From Nymphaea colorata (lineage: Eukaryota), in assembly GCF_008831285.2 (NCBI RefSeq), contig NC_045138.2, positions 34,782,001-34,846,000 of the forward strand: a DNA stretch of 64,000 nt, in the 5' to 3' direction. Position 1 is the first letter of the stretch, and each line of letters begins with the position of its first letter. The notes beneath the pieces are model-generated. The model saw nothing but the letters and a program-made list of their open reading frames with translations. It was not told where the DNA came from and did no database searches. Both the position numbers and the translations under genes were made by a program. Positions 59,844-64,000 of this stretch are shown here, in pieces.

Positions 59844-61940
59844 TCAGTTGGGAACCCAAGCAAGGCCCTCTACAATAAAGTGGCAAATGGGCACAGTTCC
59901 TGGCTTCACACCCAGCACCCTGAAGCTCTCATGCTGGGGATTCCAGTTTGATGTATCGAAATGACACAAAGCAATGGCGTTCACTCGGCTACCATCTTCA
60001 GCAACCAACGGAACCATGTACACCCTTGTGCCAGCGAAATTGTGACAGTAGAACACAGCAAAAGGAAACACAGTGTTGTGGCATGCCATGACTTTATTGG
60101 ACAGCATCCTTCCACCACCAGCACCTACTCTGTAACTCCTGACCTTCGCAGCCTCCTCTCTGTTAACAGCAGAAGTGGCCACCGCATGAATCTGTCTTGT
60201 TCCCAACTCCGCAACAACGAAATCGATCATCGACTCTAGTGATGTTGCACAATGCTTTACTTCTTCTTTAATTGCAGCCGCCTCACAATCCTCAAGTGTT
60301 TCCCTGGTAAGAGATGCACGGTCGGATTCGGGTTCGATGGAGAACATCTTGAGGATGGCAGTGATATTGGAGGTTGAGAAGGGAATTGCTTGAGCTCGCT
60401 GGCGGGGGAAGAAACGACCACCACTAGAAGCTACGGGGGTGATCATCATGGTGACGTTCATCTTGCTACCAGGCTGCAGGTCTTCCCTCTGGAAATAAAG
60501 AGGTGCATGGTTCGGTGGGCAATTCATGGCGCTTGAGCTAGGGTAACTGCTCATCCTGGGCCACTTATTACCGCAAGCTTCGAGGCTACGACGACCAAAT
60601 CCTGCAGTGAGTGCAAATTAAAGGACTGGTTAAGTAATCAACCTTATTATATTATTTGCGCACCATAAATTGGAGCATACATGTGACACTTAATCCTGTT
60701 TACTATTAACCGGTTTTTCTTCTTCCGTAAAATGAGGCGTAATAACAAGAGAGCTGAAGTGGCTAATGATGTGCATATATATTGAGCTAAAACATGTCAA
60801 ATTCTTGGAAGTTCCCGATGCTTAAATGAAAAGTATGACACTAGTTGGGAAACAATTGCCAGATGAGCATTAATGTTGATTGATGATTTAATTGTTTTTT
60901 AACCATTCAATGGAGACTTTAAGAACAAATGTCAGAAATTGCAGACCCCTACTAAGTATAGAAATGTAGTAGAAGGGCTTTTTCAAACATGTATATCGTT
61001 TAGTTGATGATAATTAGTAATTTATTATTGTATAGTGTACTTTTGTTATCTAAATAAAAAAATTATTGTTTATGTAAAATAGTTATCTATGTGTACTTAT
61101 GTACTAAAAAGCGATGACAGTTTTTAGCAACGGTCAAATCCGTGACTGCAACCTTCTTCATGCTATAGTTCGTTGTCGTTGGTGTTGGATGGATTCGTCG
61201 TCAATATTTGCTTATTGTTTTTCTTAGGTGACTGAAATTTCCATGCCATTATTATATTATCCGACGGACAGATCTGTCACTAATTCTTGCTGTTAAATGA
61301 CTGTACGAACTGTTGCTAAACATCTGTCACTAGTGTCTAAATTTTTTGCCGTCATTGTTGTTAATGGTGATGGCTAATTTAGTTGCGACAAAGACATCAC
61401 GAGGGGTACACTCTCAAAATGGCAACGGCTAATTTCATTCCTAGCAGTTTAAGCGAAGAACTGGGATTTATGTAATAGCCGTGGAAACCATGGTAATAGC
61501 AACGTTTTGGCGGTAGCTATTAATCATAATCGTGGTGTTACGACTGCTATTGGCACTTTCAGCGACTGATTTTAATTGATTTTTAATCATCGGGTGGGGA
61601 CCTTAAGAACGATATATATATAATTTGGTAGTGCAATACCTATCCGAGAGGGGGACAAGAGTGCTCGAATGGCAATTGGCATGGGGGTGCTTGGGAACAT
61701 CTTGTTCCAATAACCATCAGGCGTCAAATATAAACTGCAGCTTGCAGTCCCAATTATAAGCTGCCAAAACAAAAGGTCATCACAGTGAGATGGAAATTAA
61801 TTCCCATCTTTTAATGAAATCGTGCAACAAATGACATTGAAGAAGAAAATACAGATGATCAAGCAAAATAAAGATCAAACAAAACAAATGTAGCTTACTG
61901 CAAGAAAAGCTGAGATGATGTAGGAGGAGAAAACTGCCAT
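59844..61940 (-). CDS. BURP-domain protein (RD22-like), ~306 aa, secreted
   Basis: Exons 61899-61940, 61640-61760, 59844-60601 (921 nt, in frame). Signal peptide, YWNKMFPSTPMP segment, CATSLESMIDF, four CH motifs (ACH, YCH, LCH, ICH), DTSNWNPQH and VKPGTVPICHF. Confidence 0.93.
61095..61570. mobile_element. Possible CACTA-type subterminal-repeat remnant in BURP intron 2
   Basis: Recurrent agcaacgg/ccgacgg/ctgtcacta/gttgcta motifs in both orientations; no intact CACTA terminus seen. Confidence 0.3.
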
Positions 61941-62007
61941 GCTGTTCGTCGAGCTACCCAGTACTTAAGTTTCTGCTGTTCGGTGAAGGAAATGGTATTG
62001 CTTCCAG

Positions 62008-62020
62008 CCTTTTATAAGGA
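62008..62020 (-). promoter_or_regulatory. TATA box of BURP gene
   Basis: Minus-strand cttataaaagg ~70 bp upstream of the ATG; conserved in the truncated copy (~57860-57870). Confidence 0.6.
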
Positions 62021-64000
62021 AGAACTGTATGTGCGTGTTTGATCGATAATGCTGACCCATTCGGAGGTAAGGTGGACACGGAAGACATTGAAGCCCTAAT
62101 ATTTATATGACCAAGAATTAAGCGGTCGCATGGCAACAGTAAATAGATTCAATCGACCGACCGGAAATGGGCAACTGGACAGTCATGTAAGCTTCTTTCT
62201 CAAAATTCCAGCCATTTATACGAACAATCTCACTGTTCTACACCTGAAATGAAGATATTCCCTTGTGTGTTTATTTAGCATAATCTTTTTTTTTTTTTTT
62301 TTGAGCAGTTTTCACGTATGACTCCTAAAACCGGACCGTGTGTTAGGGGCTCAAAATGACCAAAATGTCCTCTTGTATAAAATGAAAGACCCTCGCATAA
62401 CGGTTAGAGTAGAATGGTAAAAAAAAGAAATGCCCCTGAAAGATGACTAAAGTGTCCATCTGATCAGAACACAGCTTCTTGTGTTAACGACATAACTAAA
62501 ATTTTATTTGATCCATGAACTTTCACTATTACTGAGAAAGTTCAGAGGAGAAAATGTTGGTTATGTAAAAATTAGGTCCCCAATTCAGTTTTTTTTTTTT
62601 TTTTTTGAAAAAAAAAGAAGAAAAAACATGGTCATTTCGAGTCCAGTTAATTGAAGTCAGGTCCAATAATGTTCAGTACATGGTGAATCTGACCCGAACC
62701 GTTTACGTCGAGTAGTCATCTTCCTGACGTGTCAAGGGAATTCATCTTCGACTGCATACAGTGACTTTTCTCTAGCAGTTGTCCCGTGAACACCCAATTA
62801 GCTTGAAATGTTCTCGAGACCGGGTCTAATACCTGTGACCCAATTTTCCTCTTGTTGAATTTTTGAACTTTGATACTTTTGTTTCATTCGTATTTAGGAA
62901 GATTATTCATTCATAAATGGCATAAGTTTATTGGTTCATTAAACGGGCTAAGGAACATAGCTTTTAAGCACAACAATTTGGGGTTTGGTAATAGGAAAGC
63001 TGTGTTCCTTGGAACGCAGTGTTCCAAGCATGTGTTTACCTTTCAAATAAAAAAGCATTCATGTTACCAAACGCATATCTTGCACTAGGTATACTAAACC
63101 ACTAGCATTTATTATGTAACTCTTATGAGACCTATATTGAATGCATTGTTCATTTTTTCCCTTTTCGTTTCTTATTAATTTTTTCCAAGCTCTTACTTTC
63201 AGTGCAAGCTATTTGGTAGAGACCGACTCCTGGGAAGACGGTGCCACACCATCTCCTTTAGACACGCATCTCAGTTTGCAAGACGGGACAGAATGGCTTC
63301 AATGAATGTTACTATTATCATTGCACATTTGCATACAATGGTTGAAACAGTCAATCCGTGACGAAGAAGACGACCTAGAATAAAACAGTCCACGACGCAG
63401 AAGGTAAGCAATGATACTGCAACTCAAGGTACGCAATGACATATATACAAATGATCATACTGAACATAAACTCAATAAATACTGCCATTGTATATTGTCC
63501 TGTATGTGTATGGGCACTTCATATGTATACTGCCCCCTTACTGCCATGACGGGGAGGCCTAATTACCCCAAATTGGTCAGCATATATATATATATAATAG
63601 GAAGGAAATTATATAAAAAAAAATTACTTCTGAATTTTTTAATATAAATTTTGTTTAAAGTCTGTCATACAGGTTGAAAAGCATTAGCGCATATTGGTAG
63701 TATTATGTGTTTAAAAAAACATGGTTTTGGATATGTCACCAACAAAGCAATTCAACCAAATTTCCATGACTCATTGGAAACTTTATTTTCATCTAATCAA
63801 GTTTGTACACAACTGGGTAAAAACTTTGTCGCTATCGCCGTCAATCTCACGCTTTAACACACAGTGGTAGATTTATTATTATGGTATGGAAAACTGGTAT
63901 GCCTCTCCCACTGTTAGATTCTCATCGCAGCCATTTAGCGAGTCAAAACTATATGGCATATCTTAGGGAGTGTGTCGAAAGTCTTTTAGATTGTATTGTT

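Overview
Eukaryotic land-plant nuclear DNA with an Arabidopsis-type (TTTAGGG)n telomere repeat; the species cannot be identified from the sequence. All five recognisable genes are on the minus strand. (1) The 5' six coding exons of a BLISTER-like coiled-coil gene, which probably continues past the left edge. (2) An intact 4-exon, ~499-aa CYP85-clan cytochrome P450 (CYP728/716/718-like) whose I-helix Thr is replaced by Val. (3) A complete 32-exon, 1075-aa exportin-1 (XPO1/CRM1) with two GC-AG introns; its introns carry a TRIM retroelement, a decayed hAT transposon and two hAT-type MITEs. About 3.6 kb upstream of XPO1 is a ~2.27-kb telomere array oriented like a true chromosome end and ending in a 100-N gap, so the DNA right of the gap may be a mis-joined contig. 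Right of the gap are (4) a frameshifted MIK2-like LRR receptor kinase and (5) an intact BURP-domain gene with a truncated duplicate of its promoter and first exons. Exon coordinates were read by hand. I found no convincing new biological system. The best leads are the telomere/gap junction, the Thr-less P450 whose upstream region is a copy of its own intron, and the BURP gene with its mini-paralog.
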